The notes under the pieces: generated by a model | Seen by the model: only the letters and a program-made list of their open reading frames with translations | Database searches by the model: none | Told to the model about the DNA's origin: nothing | Shown: one piece after another, positions 29,138 through 46,355 of the stretch | Layout: each line of letters starts with the position of its first letter | Position numbering within the stretch: the first letter of the stretch is position 1 | Origin: Ptychomitrium polyphyllum | Taxonomy: Eukaryota | Assembly (NCBI GenBank): GCA_973851085.1 | Contig: OZ316775.1 | Coordinates: forward strand, 21,514,001 to 21,578,000 | Length of the DNA stretch: 64,000 bases | Direction: 5' to 3' | Made by a program: the position numbers and the translations under genes

Positions 29138-32100
29138 ACTTTGGATGGTCCCTTTGATGACGATCTGCATAAGTTTTGTAATGATCTTGAGCTTGTTGTA
29201 AATGAAAAGTAATTTCTTGACGGATTTTAGCAAGTTGAATTGCAAAATCCTCTACTGCAGGACTTCCAACATGCTCCACTTGAAATGGATCTGCTCGAGG
29301 ATGATAGCCATAGTTTGGACAAAGTGGACTTTTAGTTGTTGAAGAATGTACCGTATTGTTGTAAACAAACTCTGCCAAAGGCAAGAGATTCATCCAGTTG
29401 TCTTGCTGGTAGTTCCCATTACAACAAAGGTACTGCTCCAAAATTTGATTCACACGTTTGGTTTGGCCATTAGGTTGCGGATGGTGTGCTAAAGAAATGT
29501 TGATCCTTACATAAAACAGCTGGAATAGAGCCCTCTAAAAATTGGAAATGAACTGCGGCCCTCGATTGGAAACAATATCATCTAATAGTCCATGTATGCG
29601 GTAGACGTGATTTAAAAACAACTTGGCAGTTTCTTCTCCCGTTACCGTTTTATTGCATGGAATAAAATGTGCCATTTTAATAAATCAATCCACTACTACC
29701 AAAATAGAATCCTGAGAATTAGAGTTTGGAAGGTCCGTGATAAAATCCATTGACAAAGACAACCATGGGCCCTTTGGCACTGGAAGCAAATGGAGAAGAC
29801 CATGAGGTTGGTATCTTGGTACCTTAGCTCTTGTACAAGTGTCATATGATTGAATAAAGTTCTTCATGTACTTCCACATTTGTGGCCACCAATAGTCTCT
29901 AGCAATCAACTCCATTGTTTTATTGAATCCAAAATGCCCTGCTGTTGAAAATCATGACGTGCTTGAAAGATCTTCAACCGCAAAGGGCCTGGAGGTTGAT
30001 ACAAAAGTCCTTTATAATAAAGTAGACCCTCTTGGAATTCAAAGTCCTCATCGCTATTTGAAAGATTTCCATTGTCTTTGAGGCGCTTCCTTATATTTGA
30101 AACAAAGACATCATTTTTCAAAGCCTTCCGAATTTTGTCAAGATGGGATGTTGTTGTAATAATTGGTGCTTTCAATTGATGATTCTCTAACTTCAATAAA
30201 ATAGTCCTTTGTTGATTTAAAACATCATCTCTACGTTGAGGAGCTAAATAAGATCTTCGAAATAAGGCATCTGGCTTACATTGTAAGCTACCAGGTCGAT
30301 AGGTAATGACAAAGTTAAATATGGAAAGCGACATACTCCACCTTATTTGACGGCGATTCAAAATGCGTGCACTTATGAAATACTCCAAGTTCTTGTGGTC
30401 TGTGTATATCGTGATGGTATGTTGAGCTTCGTCCAATAAGTGTCGCCATTCCACAAATGCATCTATAATTGCACGTAGTTCTTTATCATGGATATCAAAG
30501 TTGATCTTTGCCGCTGAAAACTTCCTTGAACAAAAGGCAAGAGGGTGAAATCTCTCGTCTTCATCATATTGTGAGAGTTCTGACTAAGTGCAAAATTTGC
30601 GGCATCTGCTTCCAAATAAAAAGGCTTTGAATGATTTGGATGAATGAAGATTGGAGCCGACGTGAATAACTTCTTAAGACTTTGAAATGCTTTTTCCGCC
30701 TCTTCATTCAAAGTGAACTTTTGCATCTCCGTAAGACATGTTAATGGTGTCGCAATCTTGGAATAATCCTTGATGAATATCTCGTAGAAGTTTGCAAATC
30801 CCAAGAAGCATTGAACATCTTGAATTGATTTTGGCGTACTCCACTCCATGACAGTGCTTATTTTCTTCTTATCCATATGGATTCTTCCTTTGGAAATGAT
30901 GTAGCTTAAAAACTCAACCGAAGATTCATTAAAAAAGACACTTCTCTAATTTGACATATAATCCTTGCTGGCATAGTTTTTCTAAGATTAGTTGCACATG
31001 ACATTCGTGGTTTTGTTTATCCTTTGAATATATCAAAATGTCATCCAAGTGACTACAAAATCGTCCAAATGTTCATAGAAGTTAGCATTCATTATATGTT
31101 GGAAGACTGCAGGGGCATTAGTAAGGCCAAAAGGCACAACATTGTATTCAAAATGACCATACTTAGATCGAAAAACTGTCTTCTATTTATCTCCTTTTTT
31201 GATGCGTACAAGATTGTAGGCTCCTCTAAGATCAATTTTGGTGAATAGCTTTGCTGGGCTAAATTATTGTAGGAGTCATGAGATTAATGGTAATGGATAG
31301 CGATTCTTTTTTGTTACTTTATTGAGGCCTCGATAGTCCATGCACATACATAATGATCCGTCCTTCTTCTTTACGTATAGAATGGATGCTCCAGCTGGTG
31401 ATTTAGAATGTTGAATGATACCCTTTCCAATGTTTTTATCAATATATTCTCTCAAGGCAGTCAATTCTGTTTGTGATAAGTTATAAACAGGTCCAAAAGG
31501 TGGTTGGGTTCCTTCTTGCAACTCAATGGTACAATTGAAAGGCCGGTGCTTTGGTAATATGTCCACATTTTTCTTTTCAAAAATATTTTTTATAATCTTG
31601 ATATTGATGAGGTATGTTTTGATTAGTTTCTATTATAAAGCTGGACATTGGTGTGGCATAAATGGCATAGATTGGTTCATTCTTTGTCGCTCTCATAAAT
31701 GCCTTAGCTCCAATAAATGATGGTCCAAGAATTCTTATACTTTGACGTCTTTTCTTTGAGACCACACTTTGTGAGTATCACTCAATGTTTGGATTATGTA
31801 ATTCAAACCAAGGAAGGCCCAAAACAATAGAATTTGTTCGGCATTGAATGATATTGAAGACAAACTTAGATAATTGGTCTTCTAAAACAACCTCCAATGG
31901 TTGAGTTTCTTTAATAACGTTGCCAGATGCAAGAGATCATTCATCAATAACTTCAACGAGTGTAGGATATTTTTTGTTCACAAGCACCATGTGATATTTG
32001 GTTGCAAAATCCTTGTCCATGAAACATATCGTTGCATCAGTGTCTAATAGAGCCTCACTAATTATTTCATCATCTAACAATTTAATTTTGATAGGAAATG

Positions 32101-33404
32101 TAAAACAAGAGGTGGGGCTTGAAGGTAGTAAGAGACCTTGATTTGATGGTTGTTTCTTTGTGATGTCCAGTCACATGGTCCCTACTGTGACTGGACAACC
32201 TTGTTTTCAATTCCACTATTGTGCTTTGAACCTTAAAGGCAGATCCTTTAATTTGGCAATTGTGCACTTTATGTCTAGACTTGCCACAATACAAATATAG
32301 GTTTCTAATTCAACGCTTTTCTTTTTCTCTTGAAATTAAACATCTAAACTGGGCAGCATCAATTTGCATAGGTTCTAGTCCTTGTGGTTGGCTTTCCAAT
32401 ATTCTTGAAGAAGTGGTAGCCATGCTTTGATGTACTGGTCGCCATCCCAAACGTTGTTCTTGGCGCCTTTCAAATATTCTATTGTCACATGCTATTGCTT
32501 GAGTGATGAATCCGTCCAATGTTTCAATTCTTGGCATTGTGAGTAGCAAGTTCTTTATATTCTCTCTTAAACTCCATCGAAATCATGTAACCAAGGCCTT
32601 ATCATGCCAATCAAGGTCGCAAGTTAATTGTCAAAATTCTGCAGCATATGTAGCAGCTGAGCCTTGTCCTTGTTGTAGACTTTGGATCTCTGTCTCAGCC
32701 ACCCTTTCTTGGTTAGTGTTCATAAAAGTAGATGTCAATGCTTCTATGAAAGCATCTAAGTTGTTCAATAATGGTGACTGCTTCTCCATTAATGGTGCAA
32801 ACCACAATAGTGCATTGTTTAAAAAAAGAGTAGTTACAAATCCCACTTGAGTTGTGCCATCAGAATAGCGAGATTGATGCAAATTAAGGAAGAGCTTTAC
32901 TTGTTGAATAAAGCTTTTTAATTTTGATCTTGATCCATTGAACTTGTCTGGCATGCAAATCTTTGGCTCTGCATGGATTCAACATAAGCCTTCTCTTCCA
33001 ATATTGGCCTCTCGCAATTGAATAACCTCTTGATATAGACTTTGAATATCACCATTGGATTCTTCAGCTTACCAAGTATGTTGTTCCAATTTTTTGGTGG
33101 TGTTGAAGCCAGCGACTTCCGTTCAAACTGTGTTTAATAAATTTTGAAGGTTTACAATAGTTGCAAATCTATTCTTTGATGTTCCAGGCACATTATCAAT
33201 TTCTTAAGATTGGCAAAGACAAAAAGATTATGAGTACCTGCAAAAGAGGGTAATCCACGTCCTTTGAAAGAAGTAATATTTAGTTTTAGAAGGAGAAACC
33301 AACTCTATAATGCCAGCTTAGGGGAGGGTAATCCGCAACCTCTAAGACGCTATGGAATCCTAAAGAAGATGGGTAATCTACAATCTTCTTTAAAGAATCT
33401 TAGC

Positions 33405-33944
33405 TGTGACAAAGATAAAGAGTAGTCTTGCTAAATTGTTAGAGACACAAGAAACAAGAAGCAAAAATAAAATGTTTTCCAAGAATTAGCTTCTAAAGAG
33501 CTAATGATCAACAAGAATTTCATACAAAGACTAGAACAAGGCATGATTCAAGATGATCCACAACTTCTGTTAGTAAAACTAAGGAATACCTTGTCTTGCC
33601 TCCTATTTATACTATGACATTTGTATCTCCTAGGATACTTCTAAAGAAGCTTCTTACAAGGCTTAAGAATGTTCTAGAATTCTAGGGAACCTTCTTAAGA
33701 AGCTTCCAAGGAGTTGGAACCTCCTTGGAAGTTTCTTAAGGTAGCGGAACCTTTTTAAGAAGTTTCCTAAAGAGATAGAGCCTTCCTAGGAAATTTCCTA
33801 AGATAGAAGAACTTTTCTAGGAAGCTTCCTAAGAACATGGAAAGGCTATGGAGACATTTTAAAGTATTTTAAGAAGCTATTATAGTATATTAGAAGGTTC
33901 TAGAATGTTCAAAGGACTATGTTGCATGATCTATGTCTGTGACA
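33405..33944 (-). mobile_element. LTR type B (5' LTR of the central element), 540 bp
   Basis: Minus strand starts TGTCACAGAC and ends TGTCACA. TATA box TATAAATAGG at ~33611-33602. Homologous to 26889-27200 and 38372-38790. Confidence 0.85.
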
Positions 33945-36576
33945 GTCTTATTCGTGAATTATGCACTTCTTCTACATAAAATTTATGAATATTGTTGATT
34001 TCTATTAGGCTTCTAAAAGTGAAATGTAGAAGATTGGATGAACCTTCATTAATATTGGTAGTTCCAAACAATGAGCCACGTGGTTGACTTGTTTTTGAAT
34101 TGCAATTGTCCCAATATGAGATAGTACAACTTGTCACATTACTTCTTGATCCTTATATTGCGTCAAAGGAGCCATACCTTCTCATCAACTTGGAATGGGA
34201 GATGTTCCTTCCTTGTTGCATTTGCTGCTGCTTTGTATTGTTCTTGAGTTTCTTCTAATTGGGTCTTCATGGTTGTTTGAAGCTCTGCCATCCTTGTGAC
34301 AAATTATTTTGCTGCTGGATTTTTAAATTGTGGAGGCTGTAATATATCTATCTTTAGATGATGTCCATAATTGGAATAAAATGGCGTTTATTGGGTGGAA
34401 GCCTAAGTGGTGTTGTTGTAGGCAAATTTAGCCAATATCAAGTAGGAAGTTCAATCATCTTATTGGTAGTTGATGGTACACATCAAAAATTGCTTCAAGA
34501 TTTGCTTGACTTGTTTTATTTGGCCATCGGTCTAAGGATGGAAGGCAAATGAAAGTTTGACGTCTACCTTAAGGATTTCAAAGAATGACTTCCAAAATCT
34601 TGATACAAACTGTGGTCCACGATCTGATACAATATTGTTGAGTAGTCTATGGTAGCGGTAGACATTCTTTATAAAGAGTGTGGGAGTCTCTTTGCCTATA
34701 ATCGTCTTCTTGGAAGATAGAAAAGATGCCATCTTAATCAACCGGCCTACCACAACAAAGATGGTATCAAAAGAATTTGATAGTGAAAGATTTGTGATGA
34801 AATCTATAGAAATAGATGACTACGGTTGCCTTGAAATAGGTAGTGGTTGGAAAAGTTTGTATGAACAATGTTTAGGATTTTTGGACCGAGAGTAGGTATC
34901 ATACGAGAGTGCAAACTTTTTATTTGCTTTCCATATTTGAGGCCTCCAAAAGTCCTTTGTGAAGAATTTTTTTAAGTCTTGTTGAATCCAAAATATCTAG
35001 CCGTAAGAACGTCATGACATATTTGAAGTATACAAAGATGGACTAGTCCTTCACTAACATATAAACGTTCCTTGAAATATAGAAGGTTGTTCTCAAATTT
35101 GAATTTAGACACATCTTTGAGGAGGTTGTTGAAACAATGTTTGATATCATGAACAAGAAGGTCAGTTGTAGATGCCATTTAAACCTGGTTAAGGAATGAT
35201 GAATCCAGCGGAGTTGAAATAGTGGTTGTGTCTATACAAGATCATTCAAGCTTCAATAGAGTTGCTTGTTGTTGATTGTGTGCTGCCTCTCCCTCCTTTG
35301 GCACAAGATATGACCCCCTGACAAAGCATTTGATAACTCTTAATGTTTTTTGGATCAATATGTGATGCGAAAATCAAATTGAGATAGAGATATACTCCAA
35401 CAAGTTTGGCGGCAATTTAGAACATGAATTAACAAGAAATATTCCAAATTCTTATAGTCTATATATACAATAATTGGATGTGCGGCACCTTCGAGCAAGT
35501 GGCGCCATTCTTAGAAAGAATCTATAATTGCAAAGAATTCCTTATCATGGATCTCATAGTTGATTTCTACAACTGAAAATTTTCTGGAATAGAATGTAAC
35601 CGGATGGAGTCTTCTTTTTCATCTTGATTGTGACAAAACTGCTCCTAATTCAAAGTTGGAAGCATTTGTCCTCATATAAAATGGCTTTGAAAAGTCCAGA
35701 TGGACTAGAATAGAGGTTGTAGTAAAAGCTTTTTTCAAACTTTGAAATGTTTTTTTGGCATTGGATCTCCACTTAAGCTTTCCCTTGCCTGTTAATTGCA
35801 TGAGTGATACAGTTGTTTAAGAATTATTTTTGATAAAGATCCTATAGAAGTTTGCAAATCCAAGAAAGCATTGGACATTACATATTAATTTTGGCCTTGT
35901 CCAATTGCTGATTACTTCAACCTTCTTTGGATGCATGAATAGTCTTTTGTTCAAAATGATATAGCCAAGGAATTCTATTTGAGACTTGTGGAAGACACAT
36001 TTTTCCAACTTGGCATACAAACCAACATCTTGTAGTTTCTATAGGATTATATGGACATGCCATTTATACTCCTTCGGATTCTTTGAATTGATCAAGATAT
36101 CATTCAAATAGCATATGACAAAATTATCAAGATAATTCCAAAATATGTCATTCATTAAGTGCTGGAAAATGATGAATGCATTGGTAAGTCCAAAAGGCAT
36201 GAAATTGAATAACAACTGGGGTGCTTCTGCTCTATGACCATTATGTATGGTCAAATAAAGTTCTTTATTTGCTTGGATAAAGACAAGGTGCAAAGACAAA
36301 GCTAGAAGGTTTGAATTATATTACAAAATGACTTGTCAAGACTAAAGATCCCTTCAGCCTTAACTCCTATATATACTAAGATTACAAGCTTGGAAGCTTC
36401 TTGAGAAACCTCTATTATATTTCTTTGTATTCAAGCAACCTCAAGTTCTTCCTTTGGAAGCTTTTTAAGCTAAACTACCATCTTTAGAACTTTTCTGAGC
36501 CAAGGTAACTTCTTTGGAAGCTTTGCAAATCTTCTAAGAATATTTTTAGATGCTTCTAATATGTATGTCGATGACA
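33945..36576 (-). mobile_element. Second degenerate gypsy element: LTR type A (~36270-36576) plus RT-RNase H-integrase remnant, gag/protease deleted
   Basis: MPFGLTNA...FQHLMNDIF...YLNDILI, YAKLEKCVF, VQCFLGFANFYRIFI and IVSDRGPQFVSRFW. Interrupted at 33944 by LTR type B. Confidence 0.88.
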
Positions 36577-38790
36577 GTATCAAGATACCAACCTCATGGT
36601 CTATTCCATCATCATTTAGTGTTAAAGGATATTTGATTATTATTGTCAATGGATTTTATCATGGACTTCTTTAATTCTAATTTTAGATTTTTTAATATAA
36701 TAGTGGTAGATCAGATTACTAAGATGGCTCATTTCATTCTATGCAACAAGACGGTAATGAGAGAAGAAACTGCTTATTTATTCCTAAATTACATTTATCG
36801 CATATATGGACTATTGAATGATATTATAGCCGATTGTGGACCGCAATTCATGTCCAACTTTTGGAGGGTTCTATTTTAGCTATTGTGTATGAAGATCAAC
36901 CTCTCTTTTGCACACCATTTGCATACCAATGATCAAACCAAACGTGTGAATCAAATTTTGGAGCAATACCTCTGGTGCAACATAAACTACCAGCAAGACA
37001 ACTTGATGGACTTCTTATTTCTTGAATGCAAAGTTTTTTTACAACAATACAATGCATTTTTCAACAATGTAAAATCAAATTCCTTGCAAAATATGGCCAT
37101 CATTCTTGACCAAATCTATGATAAGGAATTCAAGTCAAGCATGTTGGAAATTCTACAATAAAGGATTATCCAACTCAACTTATTAAAATCCACCAAGAAC
37201 TTGCTTTTTAGTTATATTAAGTTCAAGATTAATACAAAACTTATGCAGATTGTCATCAGAAGGACCATTCAAAGTTCAAGGTTGAATATAACATATGGTT
37301 CGTACAACAAAACATACAAACAAATAGACCGTCAAAGAAGCTGGGCTTTCAAATGCTTAGGCTGTTTGGTATCATCAAATAGATAAATTTTGTTATATAT
37401 TGCTTCAAACAACCACCAATTATGCAAATTAATCTAGTGTTCCATGTATCCTTGTTGGAAACCTTTAATAAGTCATGTATACTAGAAAGGACCATTTTTT
37501 TGCTTCCCCCAACAGAAATCAATAATAAAATGGAGTATGAAATCAAAGAGATTTTTGATTCATGCATCAAAAATATATGTATAAATTACCATATACATTG
37601 ACAAGGATGTGATATCAATGACCAAATATTAAAACCTTCAATAAACATGAAAAATACATTTGACAAGGTACACAAATTCCATCAAAGATATTTTCAAAAA
37701 CCAAGTCTTTGATGATGTATTATGATAAAGCAATAGCTTTTAGCTTCACAAAGAAGGTTTCTTCATAAACTAGTATAAAAAAAGAGAAGGTGTATTGAAC
37801 TTTTAATTATATGCAGCAAAATCTTCAAGAGGGATTATTCCTAGATTCTAGTTAGTATGTAAAATCTTTGAATTATCATGGATATGTGTGACAAGCAGTC
37901 GATAGTGCCTTTTTTAATGGCAGTACACATTGAATCATTTAAACTTTCTAAACCTTTTAGCATTGGAGAATCTAAGGTTAGATATGACAAAGGCATTCTA
38001 ACATCAACTGCGACTACATATAGAAGTATTGGCCACTTATCCTTTACACTTCAAACTTGATTTAGATGCTTGAATTCTTTTCATCTTGTTAGAAGTTTGA
38101 AGAATCAGTTATGGAGAACCAAAGATCATATATAGAGGCTATTTTAAAGAACGTAATCAAAATCAAATTCTAAGCTAGGAGATTTCAACAAAAGAAGTCT
38201 TGGCTAGTGGGCACCAGCGTTTCTTACAAGCACTAATTGAGCCAATGGATAAAGAACAACAAGCAAAATATATTGTTTCTTTTCTTTAACAAATTTTGGA
38301 ATTTGTAAAGATGTGACAAGTTAGTCATAATAAGAGCTTCTTATAGAACTTGTCAATAAATAAGGAGGTAATATCACAAACATAGATCATCTAATATATT
38401 CTTTAGAATCTATTAGTACCTTCAAGGACATTATAATAGCTTCTTAGAATACCTTTTATGCTTCTATAGTCATTTCACATATTTGAGAAATTTCTTAGGA
38501 TTGTTCCATCTCCTTGGAGAATTTTTTAGGAAGATTTTATAGACTTCTAGAACATTCTTAAGCTTCATAAAAATATTTTTTAGAGATATTTTAGGAAATA
38601 CTAGTATCATAGTGTAAATAGGAAGCAAGACAAGGTATATATACCTTAATCTTGCCAATACAAGTTGTGGATCGTATTGTGTTGTATTCTTGTTTAAGTC
38701 TTTGTATCAGTTCTTGTTAATCATTAATTCTTTAAAAACTAATTCTTGGAAACCACTTTGTATTTGTTTTTGTTTCTTGTCTTCTTAACA
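36577..38790 (+). mobile_element. 3' part of a plus-strand gypsy chromovirus: integrase, chromodomain, 3' region, PPT and 3' LTR type B (38372-38790)
   Basis: SMDFI...VVDQITKMAHFILCNKT, QTKRVNQILEQYL and EYEIKEIFDS (chromodomain). Purine tract aaataaggaggtaa precedes the LTR at 38372. Colinear with the reverse complement of 28070-29820. Confidence 0.88.
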
Positions 38791-40794
38791 TTAGGTAGAG
38801 TTTAATTGCATTTGCATGTTAAAGTCCAACCTTATAAATCATTTTACATTCATTACATGAGTGTCATTTTAATTTATCAATTCATTAAGGTAATCCATCA
38901 GAAGGTTCTATTCATTTTTCAAATTCATCCAAAAGTTCAATTATTCATTCTACAATTATTCATGATTTCCATTTCATCAATTAAAGACTTGGATTTACAA
39001 AAGTGTAATTAATTACAAATAATAATAATTAAATTATCATATAAATATAGTGCTAAGATATTTCAGGCCAAAATAAAAGATGAACAAATTACAAATTCAT
39101 TCAAATACATGAAGTGTGGTTAAGAATTAAATATGCAAAACACCCACATATTGAAAACTATCATTACCTACCAAACATATATTTAGTTCACAGGTTTTAC
39201 TAAATATATAAACCATACTAAATCTAAAACAAGAAGTGCTTGTAAAAGCACCGCAAAATCCAACATCACTTACACATTGCAAAAGTAAATGAAAGTAAAA
39301 TGTATGCTCCTAAGTAGAGAACGTTTGGTTTTGAGTATCAGCCTTCCTTCCAAGCAAAGCTCATTCAACGTTGCTTCCAATATTAGGAGGATATTGGTCA
39401 AAGGCACAGATCTGGAATGTAACCTGCGGCTAGATTTGAGAAATCCGTGGCCAAGGGTGGGACATCTCAATCCCAAGAAGGGGCAGATTTTCACTCATTG
39501 CTGACCAATATCCTCCCAACACTAGATGGAAAAGAACACCCGAAGCTGCGTGGAGAGTTTCGCGTTCCAATCTCGTTCTCATGAAAGTGGGCCGGGAACC
39601 GTCGCTCCTTAGAGTTCCCGGAGCTCCCGAGGCAGACAAAGCATGAAAGGTGCAACCTTGCCCGCAGCGTCTGCCATCCCCCGGATCGATCAGCTCGCTG
39701 CAGCGTCGCTTATTCTCACACCGATCACGCACGCGATCCAGCTCTGACTCGGTGAGTTCGCAAGTACTGTTCTCTGCTCGCTCAACAAGCTTTTTCGGTG
39801 CTCAATTTGGTGAAGTTTTGGCTGAAATCCTGGTGCAAACAGTTGTAGCACACACCCTGTGAGCTTAGTACTCTGAACACTGGGGAGGCCTCTGGGTTTG
39901 TGGTTTCCATGAGCTGGGTTTTCATTTCTGGGTGAAGTTGTGGGAGGTGGGGGTGCAAGACTCATGTGGCTTTGGTGTTTGGGTTACGGTGGACGTGGCC
40001 ATGGCGATGGCGCTTTGACTGGAACCTTATCTCGGAGTTTTTGTTGATTGAATTTCAATTCTTCTGGTTTGTGGGAGGTTCTAGACTGGTTTTAATGGTT
40101 GAATTTGGGTGTTGTGGGGTTGGGGAGTAGGGTCTGGTCTTGTGAGTGAGCGAGTGGAATGTGAAGGTGAAGAGGTCATGGTGGAAACCATTTTAGAAGT
40201 ATGTTTTGGCTTGGATTAAAGTTCTTCCTTCTCAGTACCGGAGTTTTGGCTGGATTTGATTCCCTTTTCTTGATAGTCATGTCATCTCGTCTTTCTTCTT
40301 TAAAGTTTGAAAGTTATGGGATCTTTCTTAGAGTAGCTTTCCTGATTCGGTAATGTTTTCTCATGTTGGCTAGTGACATACTATCTACTTCGAGCTATCA
40401 TTAGCAGTCTACCCTTACTGACATGCTCTTCATTTGACATGCTTCATCTACCTTTATGTGTCTTAGAGCAATTGATGATAGGTTTTAGGGTTTTTAGAGT
40501 CCTTTGCTTGTTTGTAATCGAACAAGCTGTTGACCATTCATTAACCTATAATAAAGGTTATCTCTGTGTGGGACGATATTACCTACTTAGAGGTTCATTT
40601 TAAGACATTCACTGTATGATTTTACCTCATTTTGAGGTTTTTCTTTCACTTTATTTTGATAATATTCAGAGTTTTAATGATCAGAGGTTACGCTGCAGTA
40701 GAGTATCTATTGCGTTTAGTTTTCTTGTCCCTACATAGAAGCTCACATTACTTGTTTGATTGGATTCTAGTGCAGTGCTTTAAAAAGTTCCATC

Positions 40795-44295
<3,501 letters not shown>

Positions 44296-46355
44296 ATAGG
44301 TGCACCTCTTCTGTAAATTCAGGCAGTCACCAGGTTGTGTATTGGATGCGGTATGTGCAGGGTGACGATGGCCTCACCATTGTTTTATATCATACTCGTG
44401 CCTTTCTGTTTCCCATGGTACCAATGCTGAAGAATTTCAAGTTCGTATTATGTACACATCATCTACTGTCGATGGTTTTCACTGTGAATTCATTTCTGGT
44501 CAGGGTACTTGTAAATAGGTATGTTCTTTAAGCAGCGCATCTTGGCAGTCACATGGCGAGCTAGGCTTGTTATGAATTCTAATGTTCCATGTTTTCTAAA
44601 TGAGTTATTAATCTAAAAAATAGAAGACCAATTAGTAGTCTCCATGTACAGTTTTGTATATTTAACTCCAAGAAAATGACAAAATTAGCTTCTTGAGCTT
44701 CTATAGCAAGTTTCATATTGTTTAGTTGATGAGGATGACCAAATTAGTTCATCATGCACTTCAATCCAAATGGTAATTTTTTTGTTACAATTTACAATAC
44801 AAACTTCATTTTTAGTATTTTTCAAAAATTGAAGGTGCTTGGACAATCACATGAACCGAAAGGCATGAGTATGATATATAACAGAAAGGCACAAGTATAA
44901 TATAAAACTTGAAGAAGTTCTGAGAAACCAACAGTAAATGAAAGTGAGGCATCTGACAATGAATGTATGAAATGCGTCAGCACATAGTTTACATTATTAG
45001 ACTTTTCCAATTTCAATATTTTGAAAACTATCGATGCAACCTTCGAAGGCAAACAAAATTGCACCTTAAGATTCCAAAAAGTATACAAACAACTCATAAT
45101 ATTGTTCAACTATAACAAATGATTTTAGGCCATCCAATGAAGAATTGTTCAAAGGTAACCTGTAATCATTTTGAAATATATTATAAAGAAAAACTAAATC
45201 GAAATTTCTGCCAACACATTTATTACAGTTGCATCAAATCTTATATTTCAGAAGATACTACATATGTTTGATTACTGCCACGAACAACTTGGAATTGGAT
45301 GAGCCAACCCTCGTTTCAAAAGGCCCACCATGGTACGATTCCATTTTCCTTAACCCTCCTACTTTGCATAAGCTTACTACCCGACTTATTCAATATAATA
45401 ATTATGAGATAAACCTTTGATAATCTGGGACCAAGACCCTGAGATCGATCCTGTCCGTTCACTGCTGCCCCAAGTTAGCAAATTTTGGCGGTTTACTAAC
45501 CGTTTGCGTAGTGTGGGGGTTTACTAACCCCAACCGCTACAGCACGGCGTAACCTTCAGTATCAGTTTCTAGCGCTTCGGCGTAAGCAGTGCCTCTGGAT
45601 CTGGCTGTAGATCCATCTGGATTCCTCCAGAAGGTGCCGATTTCGACGGTAGGGGACCGGGGTTGGTGATTTTCACACGGGATGGTCAGGGTGCCCGTGA
45701 GTGGATGCAGCGCCCCGGGGTTTGCCGCAGATGGCGGATCCAGGTGCTACGAAGTTAGTCCACATTCACGCCTGCAGAGGCTGGGCTCAACTGCCAGGAC
45801 TGCGGGCGTCTGCATCGGTCGCTGCAGGCAACGCTTTGGTACGGGATGTACTCTAGCTCGTCATATAGCACTGAATCTTGTGCAGCAGGAGGATGTACAG
45901 TATCTAGATATGTGTGCGTTGCGGGTGTTTTCTGATATTTGACTGAGCATCGACGATCTCGATGTAGACAATCTCTGAACTAGGACGTGGCCTGGAACGA
46001 GCAGGCGAGGTTGGGATTAGTAGACACGTGAGAGGGGTGTCGGATAGATTGTTGTAGGATTGTTGTTAGATTCACAGTCTGATTCTAGTATGTTCGTGTT
46101 GAGATTAGGTAGGCGGGCTGGCTCGGCGTTCTTCAGTTCTTCGAGTAGCAGACAGTTGAATGGACACCGAGTTTGAGGTTTGTTCGTGTTTGGTAGTGCA
46201 GAGTTAGAGCGTGTCTTGGCTTGTGGTGAGGAGTGGACGTGGGATTCGATTGACTTGATGGGCAATGCATGGAAGCCTCGCAATGCTGTAGAATGTTTCG
46301 CGTCGGATTGATCATGTGACGATATTGACTGAGGGTGCAGCTACAGCAGCATCAA

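Larger units (their letters stand above)
27586..33944 (-). mobile_element. Near full-length degenerate Ty3/gypsy chromovirus (Tcn1-like): LTR, gag, protease, RT, RNase H, integrase, chromodomain
   Basis: Gag MPDKFNGSRSKLKSFIQQV and knuckle YCGKSRHKVHNC. Protease [20 protein letters not shown]...[19 protein letters not shown]. RNase H IYTDHKNLEYF. Integrase YWWPQM...PWLSLSMDFITDLP. Chromodomain [11 protein letters not shown]...[15 protein letters not shown] (28800-28700). Many stops and frameshifts. Confidence 0.95.
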
